DNA from: Zygnema circumcarinatum SAG 698-1b
Taxonomy: Eukaryota; Plantae; Zygnematophyceae
DNA: 64,000 bases
Assembly (NCBI GenBank): GCA_037447605.1
Contig: CM074804.1
Coordinates: forward strand, 2,666,001 to 2,730,000
Direction: 5' to 3'
In this document: in pieces, positions 30,178 through 42,145 of the stretch
Layout: every line of letters starts with the position of its first letter
How positions within the stretch are numbered: the stretch's first letter is position 1
The notes under the pieces: generated by a model
Told to the model about the DNA's origin: nothing
What the model saw: only the letters and a program-made list of their open reading frames with translations
Database searches by the model: none
Program-made: the position numbers and the translations under genes

Positions 30178-31244
30178 TCAAAGAATCGCGCATTGGCACC
30201 CGGGCGGCGGTGGCGCCTGCGTCTCCTTCCGTGGATCCACCGGGTCCTGCATGAGGCGCTGTACCGTGTCAGAATACACAACGCATGAAAGTCTCTCTCT
30301 CTCTCGCGCTCTCACTTTCTCTCTCTCTCTCTCTCTCTCTCACTCTCTCACACACACATATACACACTCGCTCTCTCATCCCCACCAGTCCTCCCTACTT
30401 ATTTTCTCATCCATTATTCCCTCTACCTCTCTCTCTGCCTCTCTCCCTCTTCCTCTTATACTTTCCAATGGCCCTCTGGCTCTCCTATTACCAGAATACC
30501 CAATTTCTCGGCCATCCCTTCCCTTACTCTTCACTTCCTTCCCATTACCATTCCTCTTACCCTCCCTCTCACACTTCGCACCCCTCTCCTCCCTCTCCTC
30601 CCCCCCTCTCGTTCTGTTCCCCATTCCCATCTCCCTTTCTTCCCCGCCTCTCCCTTCACTCCCTCTCATCTCACGTCCACTCTCCCCCCCTCTCCCACTC
30701 CTCTCCCAGCCCCACTCCACCTATCCCCTTCCCTCACACCCTAACAACACCCCTCCTCTCCCTCTCCCTCTCCCTCTCCCTCCCCCTCCCCCTCCCCCTA
30801 CCCCCTCCCCCTCCCTCTTCTCCCTCTCTCTCCCCACCCCCCCCCTCCCTTCTCCCTCCCCCTCCCCCTTCCGCCTCCCCCCCACCTTCGCCCTCTCTCT
30901 CCCCCTCCCCCCCCTCCCTTTTCCCTCTCCCTTCCCCTCTCCCTCTCCCTTCCGCCCGTACCGGCATCTCGAACCCCCCCGCGCCCCCCTCCAGTCTCTC
31001 CCTCCGCTTGTTCTCAAACTCGATCGTGAAGCGCTTGGGCCGGCCCGCGCCCCAATCTCCGAACACGGGCAGAGCCACCGGCTGCAGCAAGCACGGGCTT
31101 CCATGAATTACTGAATAAAGAGAAATTCTGAAAAGAAAAGAAAACAACGGAGGGGCCTTAGGGCATTACCCGCTTTGACCCGCCGCCTGCAAACGGACTC
31201 TCGATCGCTTCTCTTGGTAGGACTCGACCCGTCTTCTCCGCCAT
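30178..31244 (-). CDS. Small RIN4/NOI-domain-like protein (91 aa) with C-terminal CaaX
   Basis: Exons 31244-31170, 31081-30962, 30258-30178 (GT-AG, all phase 0) give MAEKTGRVLPREAIESPFAGGGSKR|PVALPVFGDWGAGRPKRFTIEFENKRRERLEGGAGGFEMP|RLMQDPVDPRKETQAPPPPGCQCAIL*. Has PxFGxW, FTxxF and CAIL. Exon 1 is the least certain. Confidence 0.7.
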
Positions 31245-33011
31245 GGCTTGGGGGGGGGAGAGCTCTTCACCTGGGTGGGCTTCCGAGTGGGTTCTGATTT
31301 TTAAGCGAAAAAAATACACGTAAAATTAATGCTTATTAGGATTATGCTTAAAATCAAGAACCAAAAAGTTGAGGTTCAATTTTCTCTGGAAAGGTCGGTG
31401 GCAAAGTCAACGAAGAAGATTAAAATAATCGAATTAATGCGTTAATCAGGTTCGCAGATTTGTACCCGATTCAGGCCTTTCCCTTTTCCTCCTCCTCCCG
31501 TCTCCTCTGTTTCACCCTCTCTCCCACTCCCGCGTCCACTACCACTCTCTGTCCACCTCTCCTCCCTCCTTCTGTCTTCCTCTCTCCCTCTCCCCTCCTC
31601 TCTCTCTCTATCTACGTTCTCTCCCTCCCACCACCCTCGTTCCCTCCAACGGCCCCTCCTCCCTCTCCCTTTCCCTCTCCCTCTCCCTCTCCCTCGCCGT
31701 CTCCTTCGCCCTCTCCTCTCTCCCCTTAAATTGTTTGTCGGCATTGACCCCGCCACCTTACAAAACGACAAACTTGGCCGCCCTCACGGCCGGTCTGTTC
31801 GTACGGTCCACGGCGCGTCGCGGTGCCGGATCGCGGTCTCGCCCGCAGAGCGCGCCGCGCCGTACGGAACGGAAGCGACATGCTCGCTGCGCGAAAGCGG
31901 ACACGTGGGCGCTGGAAAGACTATCGCGTGTGCGGGCGAATCTCACCAACGTCGTGACTTTCTGGATTCCGCGTCGATAGCCGCCCGCCGCTGCCTGGAG
32001 CCGTACGAACTTATTGTCAGAACGACCTGGAGTGACAGAAACGACAAAGGTAAATTATGAAAACCCGACAGACTACTGTACGAAACTCACTCAGCGCCAA
32101 GTGAATGTTGTCGTTTCTGGTCCACCGACATCCTTTGACAAAGGACAGCGGCGGAGTGCGTCAGCACCTGCCCACTTGTCAGATCTGCACGAACGTTCAA
32201 CGGTCAAGATAGCTCGATGGTACACTGACCGTACGATTAATATAGATCCAACGGTCAAGAATGTACAGCCCAACCCGAATCCTGCCGTCCAGACCTGGGC
32301 TTGACCTGACTTGCCCTCGAATTCGGGGTGCCGACAAATCCGTCGTCGCCATGTCAACCTGCGACGTGTCGCGCCCCCGTTGGCCACTTCCTGCCGCCCG
32401 CCGCCCAAGCTTGCCGACCGCGGCGGCCCGCACGACCTGCCCGCCCGCCCGCTCGACGGGAAACGGGACCGTTCCATGCGCCGCAGTCAGCGACCTGTCA
32501 TTTTTGACGGTTTCATGCGGGCTGCCCGCCGTGGAGGAGCACGGCGAACCTCTCAAGGCTGATGTGATCCCGGATCAGGGCAGCGAATCACAGCGAGCAA
32601 ACTGATTCACCACTGACGTGGCATATTCCAAGGGTGTCCGTACAGCAACGATGGAGAAACGTCAAATGGCGCCTGTCCGTACCTCCCTCCCTCCCGCCCT
32701 CCCTCCGCCTGCCGCTGGTGGCCGAGGTACAGGCACCGCCCGGCGGGGCTGTTGTACGAAATCATACGGCACCGACAGCCGGTGACTTCTGTCCATGACC
32801 GTCGATACGCCGCCGGGTCGCGACAGTTTTCTCGTAACAAACGACAAAATTTGCCGCCCTATCGCCCAAGCGCCAGCACGACGACCTCCACTTCCTACTG
32901 CTCAGAAACGTCGTGAAGTGGTCGGTGGATCCTGATTGGCCGCGCCGGCTTGACGGGCGGGTAGGGCCGGGGCCGGTCAGACTGCGGTACACACCCTACT
33001 ACAGTTGAGTA

Positions 33012-33608
33012 CTGTTCTGCCAATTAGGTTGAGAAATCGAACATTTTTCTTACTTGATTGTTCAATGTTCAATTGAAGAAACAGAAAAAAGTTCAGTTGA
33101 ACGATTTGAACAGGGTTTTTAGGGAGAAGGTCGTTTTGGAACTTGAGAATTTGAACAAAAAGAAAAAAAGCTCAGTATTTTCGCTTACATGTGTGGATTC
33201 CAAACGTTGCCACGTAAGATTCAAGCAGTCTGAGAGATGTCCTTAACTCCGGCCCAATTTTCGCCGTACGACTTTTTTCGCGAGACCAACGATCACCGTA
33301 CGGTACGAATGGATTCCACCACCGTACGAAAATTGAAACCAGAAACGGGTCCAGCGCTTTGCGATTTGCCAGAATCTCATTATTGATCGGTGGATGCAAA
33401 TAAATCAAAATTGAACTCGACTGGGAGTTAACTGTTCAATGTTTAAGTGGATTCGCATTGGATTCGTATTGAACAAGGACTGGTTTCTCAAAAAAAACCA
33501 GAAACTGTTTTTTTTTTTTTGGACTGCGGTTTTGAAAGTGTTTTTTTTTTGAGAAGCCAACATCTTTAATTTCTTGTGTGTTCAACCTAATTGGTAGTAG
33601 GGAACCGG
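33012..33608. mobile_element. MITE family A copy 3 (diverged subfamily)
   Basis: Shares interior blocks (GTGTGGATTC, GCCGTACGACT, AATCTCATT.TTGATCGGTG, TTGAGAAGCCAA.ATCTT) with copies 1 and 2; imperfect TIR core CCAATTAGGTTGA / TCAACCTAATTGG. Ends approximate. Confidence 0.65.
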
Positions 33609-34154
33609 TACTGCTGCCCGCCCGCCCGCCCGGCCGGCCCTTGGAGGTGAGTGATGGCCTGGTGGCGCCATGGCGGCCTCCAGCTCCGCCGCGCCCGCTT
33701 GCAGCCTCCCTCGCACCGCCCGCGCCCTCCCAGGCCCCCGCCTCGTCTCCTCTCCGCGCCCTTAGCAGAGCCGCGTCGCTGTCGGGCCTCGAAGCCGAGT
33801 GGTTCCTCTGACCACCTTCAGGCCCTCAGCTCTTCGTGGTTCCCCGCGTTTGGTTTCGCCGCCGTGCGATCAACGCTACATTCGTTTATTTCGTTCGGTC
33901 CAAACCCTGCCGCACGAGCGCCCCACACCCCGCCTCGCCCTGGTCGGTGCGGCCGCCGGGCCAGCTCGAGCGTGCGACAACCGCGCCGCCCTGCAGCCAG
34001 CGCGGCCTGCCACGTCAGGGGCGAGGCGGCTGGGGACCAGACGCCCCCGCCGTGGCAGCGTATCGTCCGTATCGATATGTTGCCAGTGCGTCGATATATC
34101 TACGGGGCGTACCGAACGGTATACGGTACGGTGTGGGACGGGCGACCCGTTAGA

Positions 34155-34898
34155 CAGGCCTCCTCAAATAGGGGATTTTGGCGTAACATAGGGGACTATC
34201 CCCTAGCTTGGTTTTGCAAAAACCCGTAAATAAGCTATATACGAACAACGCTCCTCGCTTTTGGTCTTTTTAAGTAATTTGAGGCAGTTCTAAAGTTGTC
34301 GCCTTGTTGAGCCTCGAAATAGCAGCAGCAGCAAAAGGGCACGGACATTTCTATTTCATTTTCAATTTTAGTTCCTAATTCAGTTTAAATTTTTGGGGCT
34401 AAAACCCAGAACTATGGAGATCATGATATGGAATTTAGATTTTGTGACGATGTTTCTCGACTATGATGGATGATTCTAAGTCGGTGATATTTAGCATTAC
34501 TCATGATGGATGGAAATAAAGGTGGAGAGCTTTGGATCAGGTCTACGAACCTTTGATGCAACTGGGTCTTTAAATGAGTGAGTGACTATATTTTGAGATT
34601 GCCAAATGCACAAGTGTTCTGATTGATTGGTAAAATATCCAATCCATAAAACGAAGAGTTTGCACCATCTTCTACAGCCGTGTTGTTAAGCCAACAAGTA
34701 GAGTTCCTGTACATATGATGACATCACCACCATCAATGCAATGCCAATTCATTTTACGTTTTTTTTACCAAAAAAGGGCTTTTTTGGGATTTATGGTATT
34801 TAAGGTTAAAAGTTAAAACACAAACAAATCTCAAATTTTCCCGTAAGCTACTATGATGTTAAACGAAAATCAACTAATCCCTTATTTGAAGAGGGCTG
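34155..34898. mobile_element. Non-autonomous hAT element (copy H2), opposite orientation to H1
   Basis: TIR CAGGCCTCCTCAAATAGGGGAT / ATCCCTTATTTGAAGAGGGCTG; TSD CCGTTAGA / CCGTTAGG (7/8). Interior is collinear with the reverse complement of 24942-25560. Confidence 0.88.
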
Positions 34899-35189
34899 CC
34901 GTTAGGGCACCCGTTGACTTGCTTCACCGATTGCCACGTTGGCGTCACGTAGGATCCGTCGGGCTGTACGGAGAGGTCAAACCTGGCTCGAGTAGAGCTC
35001 GAGTTCGACTCGATACGGCGAGGGGAGGTCAGCCCTGAGAGACTGGACGGCCGCGCTGGCAGCCGTGCTGACGTGGCGGCGGCGAGTCGGGCCCCATTGG
35101 GCCACCTCGCGGCCCGCGAGTCTCGCCACGTGGACGGCTGACGGGGCGCCGCCCTCCTGCGCTGCCCCTACGGCGCCACGTAGCAGTCC

Positions 35190-38100
35190 ATGGCGGAGAG
35201 CGCGCCCCCTCGGGTTAAACCCTGAACCCGAAACCCTCTCCCACTCTAATCCCCTCCCCGGCCCATCCGCTCCGCCCCCTGCTCTGGCGCCGAAAGGGAA
35301 AAGGGGGAAATGTGGGTCAGAGAGGGTTCAGGTTTCTGGATTTTAGGGTTGGTTGGCAGCTTTGGGGCGGGACAAGTGTCGCATGGGCGTGAAAGGAAGG
35401 GTCTAGAAAACGACCTGAAACCCCTGAACCCTAAATTCGTATTTTTCTTCAGGAGAATAAGCTTAAACCCTACCAACGCCGTGATTCTGAGGTTTTGCTG
35501 GGAGGGCTCCTGCAGTAACTCTTTATGCTTTTTTAACGAGCCCTAAAACCTACCAACCTAAATTAACTTAAACCCATAAAAGACTTCAATCTCCGGATAA
35601 ACACTTAACCTCAAATCCTCGTCCAATTCTGTACGATGATCGCAAAGAAAATTCCTCGCAAACATCGTTTTTTTCAATCTCTCGTTTATTTTATTTTGTT
35701 TTAGTCCCCTTGCTTTGATATGGAGAATTATTTTTTCAGTTTTGAACGCTTAGGTTCGTTCAACGTTGAACTGACGTATGCAAAGAATGAGAAGGAACGA
35801 ACTAAATTTGTTCCACTTCCTTACCTCTCGATCTCTTGAATAGTTGATCTCCCCAATGATGTTGACCTCCCTTGTAATGTCGATCTTCACCAGAACGTGG
35901 ACCTCTACCCAATGTTGACCCCCCCCGTAATGTTGATCTCCCCTTAAACGTTGATCCGGCAGGTGGATCGGAGCGAGCCGCCCACCATAGAGGTGCCAAA
36001 GCGGTGGATGGACGGCTTCCGGTCGCCCTCCTCCTGCACGCCGAGCCGCAGCCTCACCTCCTCCGTGCTGGGGAGGGGAGCCACCGGTACACGCCGCCCT
36101 GCCAGGGAGAGGGAGAGGGAGGGGGAGGGGGGAGAGGGAGAGGAGAGAGGGAGAGGGAGAGGGANNNNNNNNNNGGAGAGAGGGAGAGAGGGAGAGAGGG
36201 AGAGAGGGAGAGAGGAGAGAGGAGAGAGGAGAGAGGAGAGAGGCGAGAGGCGAGAGGCGAGAGGAGAGAGGGAGAGATGGAGAGATGGAGAGATGGAGAG
36301 AGGGAAAGAGGGAGAGAGGGAGAGAGGGAGAGAGGGAGGGGGAGGGGGAGGGGGGGAGGGAGGGGAAGAGGGAGAGGGAGAGGGAGGGGGAGAGTGGGGA
36401 GGCGAGCAGAATTCGTTTCAGTGAAACTCAAGCGCACATTACTATTTTTTCTCCCACCCTCTCACCTATCAATCCCTCCCTCTCGCCCTTTCCTCTTCCC
36501 CACTCTTTCTCCCCCCTCTGTCCTCTCATTCGTTTCCCACCCCTTTTTTCTCCCACTTTCCCCTCCCTCCCTCCCCTCCCGCCCCCCCCCTCCCCATCCC
36601 ACCCTCCCTCCCCCTCCCTTCCTTCCCTCGCGCCCCTCCCCTCTCCCCTCGCCCCTCTCCCTCCCTCTCATCTCCAGGCAATGTTCACTCCCTTTTCAAA
36701 ATGGGCCCCAAACTCGGCGAGGGCCAGTTCGGCACAGCGTACAACTGCACGGAGATTGCAACTGGACAGAAGTTCGCATGTAAAAGCATCGCGCGGAGCT
36801 CCCTCATCAGTGAAGAGGACGTCGAGGACGTGCGCAGGGAGGTGAACGTCATGTACCGGCTCGCCGGGCAGCCCAACATTGTGAAGATTGTGGGCACGTA
36901 CGAGGACAAGTCGCACGTGCACATTGTGATGGAGCTGTGTGAGGGGGGCGAGCTTTTCGACGACATTAACGCAAGGGTGTTGAGGCAACGGGTGCCGTAC
37001 AGGTTGGGAAACGTGGCTCCTATTTTTCTACGGTTAAGGGTTTTAGGGTGGCTATGGTTTAGGGGGGTTTTGGGGGAGTTTGGCTTCTCGGTTTGAAGGT
37101 ATTTTAAGGGGAGGGGGGATGCGGTGAGTGGTAGGTTGGGCTTTGATGGCTTGTAGGGTTTCAGGAAATTTTGGGATTTCTTGGGGTTATTGGGGTTTGG
37201 CTACTTCCTACTTTTCGCTTTTTTAATGATTTCTTTTTTGAATGGTTTTCGAGCAAAGTCTGAGTGTTGAGAGTATTTCTATGTGCACAGTGAGCGTGAC
37301 GCATCACGGTTGGCAAAAGGTTTAATCCGTTCCGTGGAACGGTGCCATGCGCTCGGCGTCATCCACCGCGATCTCAAACCGGAGAACTTTTTGCTCTCGT
37401 CCAAAAGCGAAGACGCGGTCTTGAAGGCGGCGGACTTTGGCTTGGCGACGTTTTTTAAAGAAGGTGACTCTCTCTCTCTCACCCCCCTCCCCCCTTACCT
37501 CTCTCTCTCCCTCCCCCCCCCCCCCATTCAACCCCTCAACACCTCAAACCCAACATCCTCCAAACCCGCAACCCCTCTGAACCCTCCCCCCCCCCAAAAC
37601 CATTCCCCGCAGGGCAGGCCTTCCGGCGCGTGTGCGGCAGCGCCATGTACATGGCCCCGGAGGTGGTGCGCCTATTCCTGCGGCAGCGCGGCGCGCCGTA
37701 CGGCCCCCCTGTGGACGTATGGAGCGCGGGCGTGGTCCTGCACATCCTCCTCGCCGCGCACCACCCCTTCGCGCCGCCGCCCGCCGACAGTGGGGCCCCC
37801 ACCCCGCCCGCCCGCCCGCGTGTGCCCCTAGCGGCGGGTTTCCTAGCGTTGTGCGGCTAGCTCTGGGCCCCTTACTTTGTGCGCCTAGTTCTGTGCGGGT
37901 AGCACTGTGGCCCTAGCTTTGTGCTGCTAGTTTTGTGCTGGGAGGATTGTGCTCCTAGCTTTGTGCTCCTAGTTTTGTGCTGGGAGCACTGTGCCGCTAG
38001 CTTTGCGTCCGTAGCTTCGTGCGGCTAGCTTTGTGCTCATACCCCCTACGTTCAACCTGACCGTTCATCTTGAGATTGGCCCTGAGTCGCCAAATTGAAC

Positions 38101-39264
38101 TCTGACTTCGACCCTAATTCTAACCCTCACTTTGGTGTGACTTGTTTGTTGCGTGTGAAGGAACGGACATGGGGTTTATGAGGGCTATTTTGAAAGGGAG
38201 ATTATCGTTTGCCGGATCGGAATGGAAAAATGTGAGTGATGGTGCAAAGGAGCTTATTTGGGGCATGCTCCAACCGGACCCAAAAGATCGATTAACAGCC
38301 GAACAAGTTTACAGTGAGTTCAACAAAACCTTGAAAACTTTAATCCTAAACTAAATAAATGCCCAGAGAACCCAGCATTGTACATTCATATATGGCTTGT
38401 TTCTTATTTTTTTGCTTTGTCTCTTTTTGATATTCTTTCTTAATGATTGAAGTGAAGGTGATGCATGTTGTGGGTTCAGACCATCCATGGATACAAAACG
38501 CGCCGGATGAACCCTTGGAGGAAAGCGTGATCGAGCGGTTCAAATCATTTTTTGAGCTCGTTCGAATGAAGAAGTTTAAGAAGATGCTCGTCCGGGTGAG
38601 TACTTCATTTTCTCTCGTAAGGCACAAACCAAAGGAGAGGAAAATAAACGAATCCTTCAAAACAGAAGTGAGTAAGCGGGTAATGTGTCGAACGCAACCT
38701 TATCAGAGTTTACCTCATTTTCAGTTCTGAATTATATCCCCAAACAGAATACGATGTCACAATTTTCAACCTAAGCCACTCTATGGTATAAATTTTAGGG
38801 TTTCAAGACTTCCCTGCCTCCTGCTCTGGGCTTTATAAGATTCTCAGCGATTACAGCTTCAAAGGTTCCGAGCTCCGAGCTCTTTACCCGCTTTGCCAAA
38901 CTTTCCTGTAAAGCCTATGTTATGTATGAACTTCATCTATCTACTTCACTATCTTCACTAGCTGGCTCGCGCGGCGCCCACTGCGTTCGCTTAGAAAGTT
39001 GGATTAGATTAAATTATTCGATAGATTTACCACCATCATCTCCGTAACGGCACCATCCCCTGCACTAGGGGCACCCCCCCCCCCCTAAGCTACGCGCACT
39101 ACCCGCGGCGCAGGCAGGCCCTGGGCGGCACCCTCGCGGCGGAGGACATCGCGGCGCTCGCGGCGCGCCTCGACCGCGGGGCGCCGCTGGGGGACCTGCT
39201 GGAGGCGCTCGAGGAGGGAAACCACCAGGACGCGCTCAGGGCCATCAGGGACGCGCAGGACATG
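35190..39264 (+). CDS. CDPK-derived Ser/Thr kinase with degenerate calmodulin-like domain; 3' end probably lost in the gap at 39600
   Basis: Exons 35190-35213 (tentative), 35963-36086, 36678-36984 (donor uncertain), 37291-37463, 37613-37789, 38161-38313, 38480-38595, 39118-39264. Motifs [51 protein letters not shown] and a junction domain; intron positions match plant CDPKs. Confidence 0.85.
36165..36174. other. Assembly gap (10 N)
   Basis: Run of N in a GA-rich intron. Confidence 1.
37828..38038. repeat. Degenerate ~14-bp minisatellite (CTAGCTTTGTGCNN) in a kinase intron
   Basis: About 14 imperfect units read directly. Confidence 0.8.
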
Positions 39265-39475
39265 GTGCGCTCTCGCTCACGCACACATACACACTCCTCT
39301 GTCTCTTTCTCCCTCCCTTTTTTGTCTCGGCTTCCTTCCTCTACTTCCTCCTAAAACCGGAAAGCAATCCCCCACTTCGACTTCTCTCGTTCTCTCTTCC
39401 AAATCCCCAAATCTGAATAAAATCCTCAAGTAATTCCGCCCCCCCTTTCTCTCCCCCTCCCCCGGCAACCCCCTA

Positions 39476-39699
<224 letters not shown>

Positions 39700-40246
39700 G
39701 CTAAAGTTCTTCTAAGAAACCACTACTGGATTAGCTCCCCTAATGCTGGGGGGAGGTGTGGAAAGAGACTCCATGTGGAGCGTTGTAACTTCCTTCTTTC
39801 TATGTAAGCCACAGTTCCGTGAAGTAAGTCGAATCACTACACCAAAGTGGATCCCTCGTGCCTCAAGATCTACCCAAAGCAAGGCCACGTTCGCAGGTCC
39901 ACTCTCCGGGTTCACCACGAGTTCGGCCAACTGAGAAGCGCCACCTGGCAGCCCAAAAATATCGAAATGGAAATGGCCACCTTGAACCCGCAAAAGGACA
40001 GATCCGACCGACGGGCGCCGGCGCTCGGCAGGGTTCAAGACGCCCCGCAAAGGGCCGCTTTACTCCGAAGACACCCCTCTTCAAACGGCCGTCCCCGGCC
40101 GAATTCTCCGGAACCCTAATTCTGACGAGCGGGCGAGAGAGGGGAGAAAGGGAGAGAGTAGAAGCGACAAAGAGAGGGAGCGACAAAGAGAGGAGGGAGT
40201 GGGAGAGAGAGAGATAGAGGCGTGGATAGAGGGAGAGGGTTGAGCC

Positions 40247-42145
40247 ATGGCATTTCTGCAACAGCTGGGGGGGTCCCTGAGGAGGGCGGCGACGGGAGGA
40301 GGAATGCAGGGCGCACTGGCGCCTGCGCTGATGAGCTTCCAGCGCGCCATGTCCGGCTCCAAGCTCTTCATCGGAGGTCAGAAAACGGGGGCAGAGCCCA
40401 GGATTTAGGGTTAGGGCCGGGCTGACTGTAGGGCTTGTATGAGATTTATGGAGGTTGTAGGTGATCCTGGAATATGGCTGCGGTGGCGAGTGGGGTTTCA
40501 TGAATTGAATGAAGGAAGATGGCGGGAGGGAGGGGAGGAGGAGCTATGGGAGAGAGCGGGAGAGGTGGGAGCGGGGAACTAGGAAAGAGAAAGTGGGGGA
40601 GGGAGAGGGGGAGAGAAGAGGGAGCGAGGGGCGGTGGAGAGGTGAGGAGAACGGAGGGAAGGGAGAAGGGGGAGAGAGAGGAGGGAAAGAGAATGGGAGG
40701 GAGAGGGGGAAGGAGAGAGGGCGAGAGTCGGAGGGAAGTAGGGAGGGGTGACGTAACTGGGGGGGGAAGGGAGAGTAGAAGGACAAGAGGTGAGGAGAGG
40801 GAAGGTCTGGAAGCTATGAGTATGTTGTGGATATTGCTGACGACTTCGCGGTTTGTTGTAATGGTTTAGGGCTGTCGTGGGAGACGGACGAGCAGACCCT
40901 TAAGGACGCGTTTTCTTCCTTTGGAGAAGTGGAAGAAGGTTCGAATATGCAGCAGCAGGCAGTGATGTTGCGTGTGTGATGCATCGCTTGAGCGTGGTTG
41001 CCCTGTTACACACTTTTGTTCCGCGTTTCTTTGCACCAAATTGCAGCATTTAGTTGTAATTGGAGCTGTAACACGATTGATATTTTTGCATTATGATAGC
41101 ACTATCATTTTGACTGTACCACAATAACTTTTCCCCCTCTTTCTCTCTCGTCCTCTCTCACTTTCCCCACCTCTCTCTCTCTCTCTCACTCACTCTTGTA
41201 ACGTCATTGTTTAACATTTTGGTTCCTTTTTTTTTGTGATTGAATAATTTCGCCGACAGCACTTTTCAGATTCCCCTGAATGTTTTTTTCTTTAGGCTGG
41301 AATTTGGATCTTTTATGAATGCTCGTTGCTTTCAATTCCGCGTATGCATTCTAATTTTCCTAAATTCAGATAAATTAGAACTCTTTGGGGATTTAGCTGC
41401 CGCATTTTTCCTTTCCGGCCCCTTTTCCTTAGAGTTCTTGGTGTCACTTTCTCGATTTGTTAACAAATAGATTTTTCTTTTCCCTCGCTTCCACTTTGCG
41501 GGCCAACAGTGAAAATTGTTTTCGATCGCGCCACCGGAAGGTCCCGGGGCTTCGGATTCGTCGGTTTCTCTAATAGCGAATCTGCGAGTGCTGCCATGCA
41601 ACAGATGGACGGCCGAGTATGTAATTAATTAATTAATTAGAAAACTAATATATCTGAATATGTATTTTCTCATGCATAATTACATTTGTACTATGTTTCC
41701 ATTTCTTTTCACCAGTTTCTCCTTCTTGTTCGTTTTTGCAATTCGTTTCTGATAAGCTACTGCGTAGTTGCACGCTGTATGCATCGGATTTTGCTTCCGT
41801 TTGTTCGAATTGGGCTGTCGAAAGGAGTAATGTAAATTTTTCGTAATGATTCAGCTTGTGTGTCATTTAAAGTATGGTAGTATTTAATTCTTTATGTTGT
41901 CAATGTTCGTGTTCTCACAGGATCTGGCTGGAAGGACTATCCGAGTCGACTTCGCTTCGGAGAGAGCGGACGGAAACTCTCCGCGCGGAGGGAGAGGAGG
42001 GGGAGGTGCATATGGGGGAGGAGGATATGGAGGGGGATATGGAGGGAGAGGTGGTGGGAGAGGAGGATCCCGAGGGGGCTATCGTGGAGGAGGGGGAGGT
42101 TATGGGGGAGAGAGCAGTGGAGGATATGGGGGAGGGGGCTACTAG
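40247..42145 (+). CDS. Glycine-rich RNA-binding protein (RRM plus Gly tail), mitochondrial GR-RBP type, copy 1
   Basis: Exons 40247-40376, 40870-40938, 41510-41616, 41921-42145. Presequence-like N-terminus, RNP2 KLFIGGL, RNP1 RGFGFVGF, GGYGG tail. Confidence 0.95.

Noticed and set aside
30178-30258. G-protein gamma subunit, suggested by the DP..GCQCAIL ending
   Set aside because: The upstream exons lack the G-gamma coiled-coil and DPLL motif, and the PxFGxW/FTxxF pair fits NOI better.
36977-37271. 8-bp direct repeat GTGTTGAG at both ends of a kinase intron (Introner-like TSD)
   Set aside because: Removing the insert and one repeat does not restore the reading frame, no TIRs are visible, and no second copy of the intron occurs in the window.
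39712-40050. Non-repetitive ORFs just after the N gap
   Set aside because: No recognisable domain or convincing splice sites in any frame; they do not continue the kinase EF-hand region.
40938-40950. GGTTCGAAT resembling a tRNA T-loop (also at 44478)
   Set aside because: It is the GRP intron-2 donor, and no cloverleaf can be formed.
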